A stretch of 64,000 nt of DNA from Vicugna vicugna (GCA_013265495.1 MU058418.1:2072917-2136916); one strand, 5' to 3'; shown: positions 26,503 through 40,012, counted from the stretch's first letter. Numbers and translations: made by a program. The notes: generated by a model from the sequence alone, not told the origin.

Positions 26503-27454
26503 CTACAAACAAAAAGTAGAAAACAAAAAAAAAATTTTAAACTCTGTGTCAACAAAGAATATTATGTTACATAGTTGATTAGGAAAAGATTTGTTTTCCT
26601 CAGGTCAGTTTTTATATGGCTGCTTGTAAACCTTTTAAAATCTGAGCTCTTTTCTTTAAACTAATATTTAATATGGTTTTAACTATTAAATTATATCTAC
26701 TATAGCTAAGAGGAATTACTAGTAATTAGCATGACTGGTTTTCACACAAGGCCTCAGGATTATCTGGCTCATCACTTTTTGCTAAAACCTTGTTCACTCT
26801 ACATCACACACCTATAAGGCTTAATTGATTTTTATCATCTATCTTATAATTATTCAGTCTAGATCCTGACTAAAGGATGGGCCAGGCAAGCAGTCATCTG
26901 GAAAACAATCTGTACCTGCATCCATTTACAGGGGATTGTTTGAGAAGAAAAGGGTCTAGGTATATCAGAAATAGTTTAAAAGTGAGTTACAATTAGATAC
27001 TTTCTTTTCACACCCCCAGATAGAAACCACTGAAGAGATATATACAAAATTTTTATGAGGTATCATTAGAAATGAATATTTTAGGATCTCCATTGGTGCT
27101 GGGGCAGATTTTTATGATATTTGATAGAAAACAGAGAATACAATAATGGAAAATCTTACAGTCTAGGTCAGACATATTCAATAACATAGTTCCAAATAAA
27201 TGCCATACAACAGTTTTGTCAGGGAAAGCTTTTCCAATTTTTATTAGAGTCATGGAAAACCCAGTATTTTATATTCTATATGATCATAAGATCTGTAGTC
27301 AACATATGGAGAGGATGACTCTTAAATGACTTTTATGGGCTAATTTTTTCTTCTTTTTGGAAACTTTGTAGAGTTTTATACTGCTTATATTCTACTCTCC
27401 CAAAGTAATACCAGTAAGCACAATTATCTACAAAGAGAGTATTAATATTCTTAC

Positions 27455-27715
27455 CAACTTCTTCATATTTTCTTCTTCAATTGTAACATTGGCCTGAATT
27501 GCAAGTTCTTCAAGTTCTTGTTTTGCAAATTGTTCTTCCTCAGAATCGTCCTCATATTCAGGTCCAATTTTCTTTTCAGTTTTGAGCATTAGTTTTTCTT
27601 GAAGAAATTCTTCAAACTGAATGTGAAAAATGCCGAATTTTTCTGCCAGCTGTCTTCCACAGACAGTTTTGCCAGAGCCACGGGGGCCTAGAAGGCATAT
27701 TCTTAATGGAGGAGC
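27455..27715 (-). CDS. AK9: AK9 exon with P-loop GPRGSGKT
   Basis: tggcag| acceptor, TTG|GTAAGA donor, 261 nt; APPLRICLLGPRGSGKTVCGRQLAEK. Confidence 0.95.
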
Positions 27716-29144
27716 CTGCCACAGGTGAGTGGGGTCAGGGGTAAGTGGGACAGAGGGAAGAAAAGGGAACTTTGAGTAATTTAGAAAAACTAAGGACTAT
27801 TAACTGCCCTCCCAAAGGCTGAACTATCACTTCACAAACCAAGGATGTTTCGATTTAGTATATCAATTAACATGACTCATTGCATCAACCATGGTCCTCA
27901 GAGAAAGATCATCTTGATATTAAGTGCCAAAAGGCATTAAATAAAATTAGTTATGGTTTTTAAGAAAGTTCTAATTAAGGAAGAATGGAAAGACACTTTC
28001 TTAGCATGATAAAAACAACAACAACAAAACCTCCCTACCAAACAAAAAGTCCATCGATAATGGAACATTAGACGCTCCTTCATTAATTCCTGTAATCTCT
28101 GTACTGGAGATGGGAAAGCCTGAAACCAGAGACCCCACAGAGGTCCAGATGTGTGAATTGTCCATTGATGCTGAAACTGTCAAGCACAATGGTGAGAGCT
28201 GGGATGAAGGAGCTGCTAAATCTTTCGTGAACGTGAGGAGTGGGGAGGTGGTGATACAACTGGAGTGAATGAGCCTCAAAGGGGCTGGCAGTAATGGATG
28301 GCGAGCAGGGGAGGAAAGCAAGGAGCACAGACAGCCTCATCCCCTTCTGTCCTTGTGAAGAAAATGCTCAGAGAAGAGTTTAAAGATGCAGGGAAAAAAT
28401 ATCAGAGAAAATACAGAAGAAAGAAGAGTCAGGTAATTCAGGGAAAAGGGAAATTAAAAAAAAAAGAAATTTAAGAAGATGATAAGTCCACAAAAGAAGA
28501 GGATATTTGAAAAAAAGACCTCAGAGAAAAGAAAGAGCTCTTAGAGATTAAAACTATAATTGCTTAAGTAAAAAGTTCAATAGTACTGTGAAATACTGAG
28601 ATTTCCTAGCATGAAAAACATACAATTTCAGATTAAATATGCACTGTGGGTCAAGTGCAATAAATAAAAAAGATCCTGGACAATTTTAAGAACACAAAAA
28701 ATGAAAAGACGCTCTTAAGAGCTTTCAGATATTTTAAAAATAAAGCAATCCACCAAGAAATTGGAATCAGCCTAGTGACACTGGATGCTACCAAAAATAA
28801 AGCAGTATTTTTAATACTCTGAAAGTGGATAATTTTCAACCAGAATTCTATGCCCATACCAATTATCAAACGTATATAAGAATCAAATAACGACATTTTC
28901 AGATATGAAGAAAGTTAGTTGAAAATGTGTTTCAGCAAACCAAGGGTGTGAAAAACCCACAAAAACAAGAGGAAGACCATTATGTAAACATCTGTTGATT
29001 TTGCTACTCAGCATTTATTCATTCTTCTGTTAATTATATCTGGATTTCTCTCTGGGTGACCACCCTTCATCACTCTCAGTTTATAGCTTCCCGTGGAACT
29101 GATTCCATAGTCAGTTGAATTTCATCATTAGGTATATTGGGCAT

Positions 29145-30064
29145 GACATGAAAAGATACTCAACATCACTAATTATCACGGAAATGCAAATCGAAACCAC
29201 AGTGAGCTATCATCTTACACCTGTGAGAATGATTATCACTCAAGAGACAGGAAACAAGTATTGGTGAGGATGTGGAGAAAAGAGAACCCTCATGCACTGT
29301 TGGCGGAACTGTAAATTGGTGTAGCCACTATGGAAAACAGCATGGAGGTTCCTCAGAAAACTAAAAATAGAACTTTCTTGTGATCCAGCAATTCTCCTTC
29401 TGTGTTTTTATCTGAAGAAAATGAAAACACTAATTAGAAAATATATATTTACCACTATGTTCATCCCAGAATTATTTATAATACATAAGATATGGAAGCA
29501 ACCTAAACGTCCATTGACAGATGAATGGTTAAAGAAGATGTGGTACAAACATACACACACACACACACACACACACATATAGACATACACACACTGGAAT
29601 ATTAGCCATAAAAAGAATGAAATCTTGCCACTTGTGACAACATGATGGACCTAGAGGGTATTATGCTAAAGGAAATAAGTCAGACAGAGACAGACAAATA
29701 TTGTATTATTTCACTTATATGTGGAATCTAAAAACCAAAACAAGGAAATAAACATAACAAAACAGAAATAGACTCATAGACACAGAGAACAAACTGGTGG
29801 TTGCCAGAGGGGATGTGGAATGGGGAGATGGGAGAAATAGGTAAAGGGGATTAAGAGGTACAAACTTTTAGCCATAAAATAAATATGTCATGTGATGTAA
29901 CATACAGCATAGGGAAGATAGGAAACAATATTGTAGTAACTTTATATGGTGACAGAGGGTTACTAGATTTATCTTGGTGACAATATACATAAATGTCAAA
30001 CCACTATGTTGCACACCTGAAACTAGTATAATATTGTATGCCAATTATAACTCAATAAGAAAAA
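29145..30064 (+). mobile_element. Old LINE-1 (L1M-type) 3' end with internal (CA)n
   Basis: ORF2-end motifs (gaaatgcaaatcgaaaccac, atggaaaacagcatggaggttcctc), 3'UTR, A-rich end. Confidence 0.88.
29554..29577. repeat. (CA)n microsatellite
   Basis: Direct observation. Confidence 0.95.
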
Positions 30065-31146
30065 TTGGTCATGTGATAAGATTAAAGTCAACTGATGCAT
30101 CCCTTGAAAAAAAGAAATAATGAAAAACAGAATAGTGAATAATGAAAATAAAGTGTTACAAAGTTATGTAGGTGCAGTCTCACACCATAACTTAGGGTCA
30201 CATTTTAAATCCCTCAGTGGTGAAATTGCTGTAAACACCTCACTCAACCACAGGTTAAACCTCTAGCAATCTAGAGCTGTATGGAATTCAGAGCGTATTC
30301 AAGTAGTTATGAAGTGAAGGGATGTAGATACATAATACTCTGCAGAAAAACAGTGGAATCACTATCAAGATTTCAGGCTCCTGTCCAGAGGGATATGTGT
30401 AAAACAAGGCAATAGATCACAAGCAGTGAAACAGACTATGAGGAAAGCAAAGCACCAAAAGAAGACAAAAGGCCACATTCCTAAGTGACTCACGTCACCA
30501 GCAGGGCAAGAGGAACAACCATTTGTGTACTTCGATAGTCTCCATGGGCACCATATATAAATTGAGGTCCATGAAAATAGCCCAAATTATCCACAGGAGT
30601 TTAAACTGTGTTCTATATGTTCTGTTTAATAAGGCATTGGTATTATTGAAAGTTGTGATAATATATTGGAATTTATATACTTTGATCTTATAATCCCATT
30701 CTAGGGAATTATACTAATCAAATAATTAAGAGAAACAAAGGATGACACGCCCAAAGATTTCCTACGTACTATTTCATATCCACAATGGCAAAATCACATA
30801 TAAAAATGCTGTGTGAAAAATGTCTAACAAGAACTAGATGTTATAATGGTACTTCAAAATGATTAAGCAATAAAATAAATCCAATAAATTTATAAGCAAT
30901 AAATTCAGCTGTGTCTTTCTTCTTCAGCTAAAAAGATATCAACTGGTTTGACACAAGGTATTACTGAAGAAATCAAAATAGAGCAATTAGTTTTTATTCC
31001 AAAAAGCTGTTCTTGGAACTTAGCTATTTCCACAGCATTATTATATTAGATTGGGGACTTCACTATTGAGTGAAATAATGGATGTCGGTAATAAGTCCCT
31101 AAAAAGTACACAGGAACAATCGTTAGGATGGGCATATTGTTTTCAC

Positions 31147-31359
31147 CTTTAGTGGTTCTTCATGAGCCACGTACACCTCAGGTTGCTCCAAAAACTTTTC
31201 TTTAGCCTCAGGACTTGAAAAGTAATAGATCCTTTCTCGATATTTAGCTGCTTCTTCTACGCTGCCTGGTTGTAGGATGAAGTTTTCTTTGAGAACCACT
31301 GGACAAAAATGCTTTGTATCTCCCAAGTGCCTTTTCTTCTCTTTAATTCTGTCTTCATT
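31147..31359 (-). CDS. AK9: AK9 exon (NEDRIKEKKRHLGDTKHFCPVVLKENF...AHEEPLK)
   Basis: tttctag| acceptor, AAG|GTGAAA donor, 213 nt. Confidence 0.95.
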
Positions 31360-33489
31360 CTAGAAATATTATTCAAAGTTTGGAGAACACGATTAAAAAA
31401 TGTTTTGATGCAGCACTAAAGAGGGATTAAAAAAATAATGCATCTTGAATAGTATTTAATCCATAACAATACACCTTTAAAACTATTCACAAAAGGCCAG
31501 TTCTTATATATTTTAATTAATTAAAAAACCAGTTTCTCATATCCCTCTGAGTTCACATCTCAAGCACCTTTATTTTATAAAGAAAATAAAGCAGCACTGA
31601 GAATGAAGGTGTCTCCAGCCCTCTACTGACAAAGGTGTGATGAAAAACACCAGGATGTGCTGGTGCAGGGTCATTGTGAGGCCAGTTTCTAAAATAAAAT
31701 TATTTCCAAGAAGTAAAAGCTGAGTCAGGGTCATAACTTCTTACCCATTGAAAATAAAATGGGAGATGCTTCAGGATTTGCTTTGTTTCCTTCTCAGTGG
31801 ATATATAATTAAATAATTTGGAAATATTTTGTTCAGTTGGAAACGTGTAATGTATTTCATTTGTGACAGATAAACTGTGTGTAAAGTCCTTTAAGGACTC
31901 TTACAATTTATTTGAAGCAGTCAAAGCACATTAAAAAATAATTTTCTGTGTTATACAGTGCATGCCTATTGTACAAATATTCAAAACATATCACAATGCA
32001 TAAAGAGTGAAAATCCCCTCTCACCTTTTCCCTTCCAATACTATATTAACACTCAATAGTTTTGTGTGTATCTTTCCAGACCCCTTTTTCTAAGTATATT
32101 CTACATATCAACATCTAAAAATAGACATACATTCAGGAACAAATATATTTAAAAAATACCAATGGAATAATACTTTACCTGATTATTCTACAACATGCAC
32201 CCTTTTTTCCCCCAAAACGAGATATAATAAACAACTTTCTATAAAGGTACAAAAAAAAAGATTAATCTCAACTTTTCTTGTGTTATTCTGGTTCAATTTT
32301 TGTATCAGGGTTATGGAAGCTTCAACATGAGCTGGAAAGTACTGATCTTTTTCCATGACGTGGAAGATTTAAATAACATAGGAATTATCTAAGTAATAAG
32401 AAAGGTCCTGTAACTCTCCACAACTATTTTTGTTTGCTTGGCTTTTATCTTTCGTCCCAAGAAAATTTTAGTAATCCATATTCTGAAAATCCTTTTCATC
32501 TTGACTTTAAAATTTATTAGTATAAAGTTCTTATAATTAAATAAAACTCTGTTTTTAAGAATCTGATTATATACTCATTTGTTTCAAATGTTGTTTATCG
32601 CTTCTTCTTTTTACCTGATTCTACTTGACACAAGTTTGTGTATTTTATTGCCTCTGCCAGTGAACCAACTTTTCATTTTTTGCAATTAGATCTCCTATTT
32701 TTATTTGGTCTTGTTTTCCTACTCATTAATTTTTGCCTTTAATCTCCTTCTTTCTACTTTCTTTTGGTATATTTTGTGCCTTTTTTCTAGGTTCTTAAGT
32801 TGAATGCTTAATTAACTATTCTGGTCTTTCTTGTTTTTCAATAAGTGCACTTAAAGTATTGTTGCCAGACATAGCAAATAAAAATGAAGGCTGTATAACA
32901 TAAACTTACACAATACTATATGTCAATTATATCTCAATAAAGCTGGGGGAAAAAAGGACTTAAACAGTAACATAGTTTTCAACAGCTCAAGGCCACATCC
33001 CTAAAATGATCCTACTCCCCCTTAAAAGTCTGCCTGAGATAGCTCAACACTGCTAAAAAAATCTATTGCTCATTCCAGCTGACACTTGAACACAGGGCCT
33101 CTGTGGGAGGACAGAATCTAATGGGAGTAAATGCCAGCAAGCAGACACAGCTGGCCTAATTGCATTTACACTAGTTAACCTTCTACAATTTTTCATTTCC
33201 TTGACTCAACAGGGCACCTTCTTGCCCCTCTCCCTACTCCCTCATTCTCTCTTTAAAATGTCCATTCGCCTCTGTCTAAATGGCAGTTCAGGTCACACTG
33301 GACTCTTCCCTATTGCAATAGCTCTTACTGATTATAATCTGTCTGTACCACTTTAGTGCCCAGCTAGGTTATCTTTGATAGCATGAAGTATCTTTTTATG
33401 TTGTTGTTTTAATGTATTTTTCCTTGTATTCTACTTGTACTGATATTTAGAATGCCATTTCTTTTTCTTTTTTGATTAGTGTTTGCTGA

Positions 33490-33800
33490 GGCCAGAATTC
33501 TGAAAACAAGGTGTTGGCAGGGCCATGCTCCCTCTGAAGGCTCTGGGGAGAGGCCTTCATCGCCTGTTGTAACTTCTGGTGACTCCAGATAGTCCTTGGC
33601 TTGTGGTTGCTTAACTTCAGTTTCTGCCTCTCTGTCTACACATGGCCTTCTCTTCCGTGTCTTCTCCTTCTTTTCTAAGGACACCTGTCACTGGACTTAG
33701 GGACCACCTGGATAACGAATGATGATATACCCTCTTGAGATCCTTAATCACATCTGCCAATTGCTTTTTCCAAATAAGGCAGACATGGCTGCCAGGAGTC
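33490..33800 (-). mobile_element. MaLR (MLT1-like) LTR fragment
   Basis: caaggtgttggcagggccatgctccctctgaaggctct...cttaatcacatctgc. Confidence 0.82.
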
Positions 33801-33825
33801 ATGGGAGCACATCCTTAGAAATTTT

Positions 33826-33930
33826 TTTTTTTTACATTTTTATTGATTCATAATCATTTTACAGTGTTGTGTCAAATTCCAGTGTTCAGTACAATTTTTC
33901 AGTCATACATGGACATATACACACTCATTG
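33826..33930 (-). mobile_element. Very short (105 bp) LINE-1 3' end insertion
   Basis: Near-identical to reverse complement of ~58120-58220; perfect 17-bp TSD acatccttagaaatttt (33809-33825, 33931-33947). Confidence 0.93.
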
Positions 33931-35056
33931 ACATCCTTAGAAATTTTGATCTAGGAACAAGAGAATACTCTATCTTTATATCCTGCCAAAACCTTAATTT
34001 CAGAATTCTGGCCTCAAGAACCATGAGAGAATAAATTTGTGTTGTTTTAAGCTTTCTTGTTTATAGTCCTTTGTTTTGCAAACTTAGGACGCTAATCAAG
34101 CAGGTAAAACTGATTTGTATTGTAAATTAGAAAGACTGTAGATGAGGAAAAGACTCTACTATCAATGGATATCACAGTTAAAAATATACGTTTTGTATAT
34201 CACAGATAGCCTGAGAATTGTCTGCAGATACAAGAAAGACACCACCCTTTTCTCTTGCAGATCAGAGTGGGACACAGAAGAATGACAGAGAGATGACTGC
34301 AGAATCTGAATAGAAGTGGGACAAAACCCACATTCTTTGGCCTCCCTGACTGAAGGTGCCAGCAGTTCCTTAGCAATAAAGCACCAGAAGCTGTTATCAG
34401 AACCATACTGCATAACATTTGTTGTTTGACATAAATATATTTGGGTTTAAGTTAAGCAGCAATAAGTTAAAACCTACAACTGAATATTTAACTTTAATAC
34501 ATTATTTTGTTTTATTGATAAAGCCCCAAATTAAAAGAATCACTTCCTATCTTATTATTGATAGATGCCTGAATTAGGAGGCCATAGTCGAGAATGATTA
34601 TCAAAAATCGTGTCGCCAAGGGAGTAGATAGGTGCCTAAAACAAATTTTAGTTTTAGTTTTAGGAACAACAAGTAGAGCTGTTCCAGTTTGAGAAAACTA
34701 TTCATTGTTACCATGCGAGCAGCCTCTCAAAGATGCCACTGCTATACGTTACATAAAACAGTCACTTTTGTTAAATTTATAAAATAGTTCTGCCTCTAAT
34801 ACCTATATACCTTTACATGGAAAAAATATGTAAAGATTTCCCTTTTCTTTTTTCATGGCTATAATATACTGCCTATGTAGCCCTGGCATTTCAGGGGTCA
34901 AGTGAAGCTGGGTGGAGGTGAAGTGTGTTGAAAATGTTTATAAACTTGAAGATCGCTGTTATTTTCTTGGAGTTTAAAAGTGCCAGTTACCACTCTGGAT
35001 ATGTGCACGTTCAGTGACGCGACCGCCGTAAGTGAGCAGTAACTAAAGACTTGTAC

Positions 35057-35178
35057 CTCTTCCTCGTCTTCTTCTTCCTCTTCTAGCTCCTCATCAGCGT
35101 CAGCCTCGGCCTGATAATCTTCTGTTTCTTCATCATAATCTTCCATAGTTAACTCCCAGCCAGCATACTGAAAAGGTT
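35057..35178 (-). CDS. AK9: AK9 acidic exon (PFQYAGWELTMEDYDEETEDYQAEADADEELEEEEEDEEE)
   Basis: ttaacag| acceptor, GAG|GTACAA donor, 122 nt. Confidence 0.92.
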
Positions 35179-35542
35179 CTGTTAAAAAAAAAATTGGGTA
35201 AGATTTTTTTTTAGGATAAAAGCGTATTAGCATATTACAGAAGTCAAAGATTAGGAAAATCAATTATAATGACTGATCTCTTAGCTTAAATGTATATACA
35301 AATAGGCCTTCACAAATTCTTTAAGTGACAGCTGGCCAGTTTGGCCAGCGCTGTTTGTGCCTTGCAGCTATTCTGAGCTATGAGAGATTGCGCTATGAGT
35401 TGTTAAATATTTTAAATATTCACCTTGGTATATTTAATGTTTTTCTTCATAAACTATCAAGAAAAGCTTTAAACTTTCACAAAATTTTTAATAATATTAC
35501 CTGCTCATGACAATAAATCTTATGCTTACAGACTGTCCTTAC

Positions 35543-35743
35543 TTTCCATAGTCTCAACCACTTTTTGAAGTAGTTCCTCTGGAGTTTTGTCAGCAATCTC
35601 CAAGTGTAAAATTTGAGCAGAAGAGTCATTGATTGTTGTTTCCAGCAGTTTCCAGGCAAAGGTGAAAAATGTGATCTTCTCTTTAATTGGCTCCATTTCA
35701 GGAACATCAGGATAAGCATCTTCTGGAAACTCAGGTAGTACAA
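35543..35743 (-). CDS. AK9: AK9 exon (VLPEFPEDAYPDVPEMEP...KVVETME)
   Basis: weak attaaaaag| acceptor, A|GTAAGG donor, 201 nt. Confidence 0.88.
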
Positions 35744-36213
35744 CTTTTTAATAATGGTTAAAGGAAAGATAAAAGGACCTTCAAATATTATATCTTTAGT
35801 CATATTGACAAAATAATTTATACTTTATAATACTTTTAAAACATTTAAAAGAAATAAACTTAGTGTTCTAAGTAATAATATACATTCATTAATTCATATT
35901 TTAACTCTCCTTTGTTCCTTGTATTGGCTATAGATGAATTATTACTCATAAATAAAACCTAAATCCTTTGGATAATTAATATGAATTTCACATGGCAACT
36001 TTAACTGTTGATAAAATGTATAAAATAAAATTTGATGGAAAAACAGCATTGTAAGTTGGCTAGATACATTTTTAATATAGTAAGCTAAATAACACATATC
36101 AACTGGCATACAATATAGAAAGAAATAAGTAATAAGTTGGTACTATGCCTACAATTGTATAAGAATATGAAGAGCACTTTTATGCACTTACTGCTTTTAT
36201 TTTATAATCTAAC

Positions 36214-36303
36214 CTGTTTCAAATAATTCTTGAGTTGCCAGGTCCTCTTTGGATCCTTTTGGAATTTCTGTTCCAACTGTAATATCCTCAGCAGGTTCAG
36301 GTA
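36214..36303 (-). CDS. AK9: AK9 exon (PEPAEDITVGTEIPKGSKEDLATQELFET)
   Basis: ttttaag| acceptor, CAG|GTTAGA donor, 90 nt, phase 1-1. Confidence 0.88.
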
Positions 36304-36437
36304 CTTAAAAAAACAACAACAACTAATAATTAGTGTTTGAATTTTAAAACATTGTTCCTTTATGATAGTTTTGACACAAAGAAAATTTCAAAATGATTTG
36401 AACTGTATAGACTATGTCTAATTGAAAATACAGTTCT

Positions 36438-36947
36438 TGTTAGGTGAAGTATTGAAACTGAGTCCCCCTAAAGCAGAGTTCTCCTGCTGAGTTTATTGAC
36501 CTTCTCTACCCAAAACTTCATTCCCTTCCTTATTCTCTCTGACCTCAATTCTGTGCTTTCTGAATACTAATCAATCAGAGTCAGAGGGCTAAAACTGCTG
36601 TTGTTGATAACATCATTATGCAAACTCAGGTTGTTTCTCCAGGGCAAGAAAAGCTCACAGACTCCTAGCTCATGGACCACCAGACTAGAGACTTGTAAGC
36701 AGTAGGCACCCTGTCTCCCAAAACCATGATTAAGAAATGTTACAAGATGATGACTAACTCCAGTTTCTTTGTTCTTTCCCTTAAAAAATCCCTAACTCAA
36801 AAACCAAGTTAGAGTGGACCCGAGGCTTGTCTACTACTGCCTTGCTTGGCACCCTGCAATAAACTCTTACTTTGCTGCAAACACCCATTGTCAGAGTTCG
36901 GCTTTCTGCACTGTGGGCATAGAAGCCCATTGCTTGGCTTCAGCATG
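36438..36947 (+). mobile_element. Probable ERV solo LTR
   Basis: tgttagg start, ccttaaaaa and caataaactc signals, ends in ...ca. Confidence 0.6.
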
Positions 36948-38811
36948 GCATAAAAATACCTAATAGTGTAAGGCAGAAAATGAAGAATATTCTTAAATAT
37001 ACAAAAGGACATTGACCAGAATAATAATTGGTACATAAGATTTTAACTGATAATTAATGTTAAATATTATTAAAACTTCTGTCCACATGGCATCAGACTA
37101 GGACTGCCTGACAGTTCTTTTAACTTCTTATTGAGATACCTGTGAAGATACACCATAAGGTGTCAATGAAGGCGATGATACACCAAAGTCCCAGCTGTGG
37201 GTGCAGACATGGTGAAACTGAGGCGAATCTCAACTAACATCACTGTTGATGATATAGATCAAAAGCTGTCTTCCTGGATGATTTAAGACATGCTCCACAT
37301 ATAGATCTAGCATAGACAGTGTCAGGGAAGGAAGGACTAATTATCTATCTTCTTACCCCATAGTCTCTCCTAGTTCTGAGACACAACTTTTGTGTAGACC
37401 AAACATATATATACATATTCAATGTATATAAATGTAGCCATTCTGCCATTCTGAAACACTGTGGAAACTGTCCTCTAAGTTAGTTAAAGTAAGAGTTGGG
37501 TCCTCTTTCTACAGAATCTTTAACGTCTAATACTCAAGAAAGCAAGAAGCAGAAGGGGATAAGCCTAGGGCTGACCCGATGGCAGCATGTTTAATTATAA
37601 GGTGCTCAATGACCTAAAGAAAAGCATAAACCCCAAGAAAGACAAGAGCACCAAGAATATACAGAAAATTCTAAACTGTCTCAGCTTTTCTGGCTTAATC
37701 AGAGAACGCAATAGTTGGGGATGAAGAAGATCCAGCCTCATTCCAGAAGAGCCATATAAGATAGCACTAAATATCATAAGTTGAACCAGGTTGATGCACA
37801 TTAGCTTGAACTTTAGGTCTATATCTGAGAGTACCTGGCAAGAAGTTTGAGTGAAAGGGGTGTATGTGTGTAGAGTGTGTGTTGGGGGAGAAGGATGGTT
37901 CTTATAAACACTCTATTTACCCTTCCTGTTGGTTACCCTACTCCACCTGGTCCATTCAGGGAGAAGTCAACAACAAAACAACAACATCAACAACAACAAC
38001 AAGGTTTATTATTGTTAAATTTAGTGTTTCTTCTAAACCACCCCCATGGTCTCTACCTTGCTCATTCATTCAACAAACATATATTGAACACCTACTATAT
38101 CCAAGGCACTGCTTTAGTGCCTTCATAGATTTTCTTCACAGCACTTAACACAATTTGAAATTATCCAGTTTATTTGTTTATTCTTGTTTCTCACCCCATA
38201 GGATGACAGATCCTTGAGGGTAGGGACCTTAACTGTCTTGATCACTGCTGAGTCCCTATTATGTAGGGCAAGTGCCTGTTGCTTTGCTTGGCACTTAGAA
38301 GAAATTCAATAAAGATTCATTGAAGGAATGGATGAATTTCCCAATGCCTGTTAATAGCTGACTCTATTGTCCCTGAAGTGCCTGGAATGAAGCACTGTAA
38401 TTTGAGCCAGTGGTTACTCTAAGTTCATGTTTTCACAAGTTCCATGTAAATTGACTTATACCTAACCAGTATATAAAGAGAAAAAAATTGGGAATGAGCT
38501 AAGTGATTAACCAGCCTCCATATACATAGGTTATTGCCCTTTAAAACATCAATTCTAAGCAATACACATCATTCCATTCTAAGAAGGCTAGAGTGACAAC
38601 AGGATTGAAATGAGACTTCAGTCATCTCACTTGACAGAGATAATGATTACCTTGTGGACCAAGGTAGAAGTCAAACTCCAAAGGAAAAAATGTGTTCCTC
38701 ACCATGAGATATAAAAAAATCTGCTTTAACTCACTCTCCAGTCCTGAGAGTGACTTTCGTTGCTCACAGACTCCTTCCTGCCCTGCCAACCCACCAAACT
38801 GGACCTCTGAG

Positions 38812-39794
38812 AAAGGCTGGCTTCACAGGTGTACAACCTGTGCTGTTGCCCTGGATCTCTCACTCAGAATGGCCTCGCATTTAGTTAATGCTCTTTGTCA
38901 TTTTGAAATTTTAAATAATTTTACCTTTGGACGGAGTTTTGTAAGCAAAATTCAGAGGGATTCCAAAGGGATAATAGAGCACATGTGTGAGCAGAGAGAT
39001 GCCTGATCTGTGTCTGCCATTATTTGCCATCTCATTCTCATGAGTGTTTCTGACACCCCAACAGGAGCATGGAACTCCAGGGGACCCACAATATGTGGTA
39101 GTAAGTGTGACTGAGTGGTTGGGGAGGGAAGGATGCTGACAGACCCGAGAGACCATGGTTTCCCTTTGAACCAGAACTTGTTCCAGATGCATAATGAAGG
39201 TGATGGCAATCAAACAGACGTGAATGACCAAGGAATCTCATCACACCCTTTCTTACTCATGTTACTTTCTTGTATTAGCTGAACACTTAGACTGAAAGTG
39301 ATGACGCAGAAAGAAAGGAAAAGAGGGCAACCCAGAGATCCTTTTCCTTTCAGTCTTTCCTAAATCATTAGGAAGCTAACAGTAGAGTGTTGGCAGAAAA
39401 CATGTATATTAAGAAGTGAAATAAAAAGTTGAGTTAGCTTTGTGCCTGAGACTGACTTAGTTTTCTGATAAGAATGAAATACATATACATGTACAAGCTG
39501 CAAAATACAAATTGTGTAGCTTCAGTGATTCTGCACATGAATTACGTGCTCTTATGTCTGCATTTAACAGTGGCATTGCACAACATAAAGATGAACAGCC
39601 AAATTCATGCTAAGAACCTAAAATTTCAATTGTTTTTCACTTAGAATGACCTTAAATAGAAAACAAAAAGTACTATGACATGTTAAGAGAGAGACCATGG
39701 AAGAAAAGAAAGAGCTTTGTATTTTCAGCCTTTAATGGCTCTTTTTTCCCTGCTCTTTGAACACTGTGCCCCACAAATCACACAGCAGGCCCTG
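38812..39794 (+). mobile_element. MER45-like hAT-Tip100 DNA transposon remnant
   Basis: ggctggcttcacaggtgtacaacctgtgc start and gccccacaaatcacacagcaggccctg end resemble MER45 termini. Confidence 0.65.
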
Positions 39795-40012
39795 CTCCCG
39801 AGCAGCAGCACCAGGGCAGAGCAGACTCGGCTTTCCTACCGCACTTCAAGCTATGTGATCTGGACTAACAGGCTGCGCTCTGGGGCACATCTCTCTATTC
39901 TTAAGCCTGCTTCCATTTTATTAACATTAGACACATACACACAAACATGCACACACAAGCATGCCAATGGACAGGAGTGGAATTAAGGACATGAGCCTCA
40001 GTGAAGTCTAAC

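Larger units (their letters stand above)
20493..27329 (+). pseudogene. Probable degraded zona pellucida (ZPAX/ZPY-class) gene nested antisense in AK9
   Basis: Collinear exon-like blocks with stops/frameshifts: LSQKEMEEDRGY (22346-22464), ITFG/AEG...YISVLLDH (from 23317), LLIACLPDAITVLSTA (24306-24353), SNDVFFMRQF...PFVTSDNY (25039-25110), PLKRYIQNFYEVSL...*WKILQS...ICSQ (27024-27329); similarity judged from memory. Confidence 0.62.
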
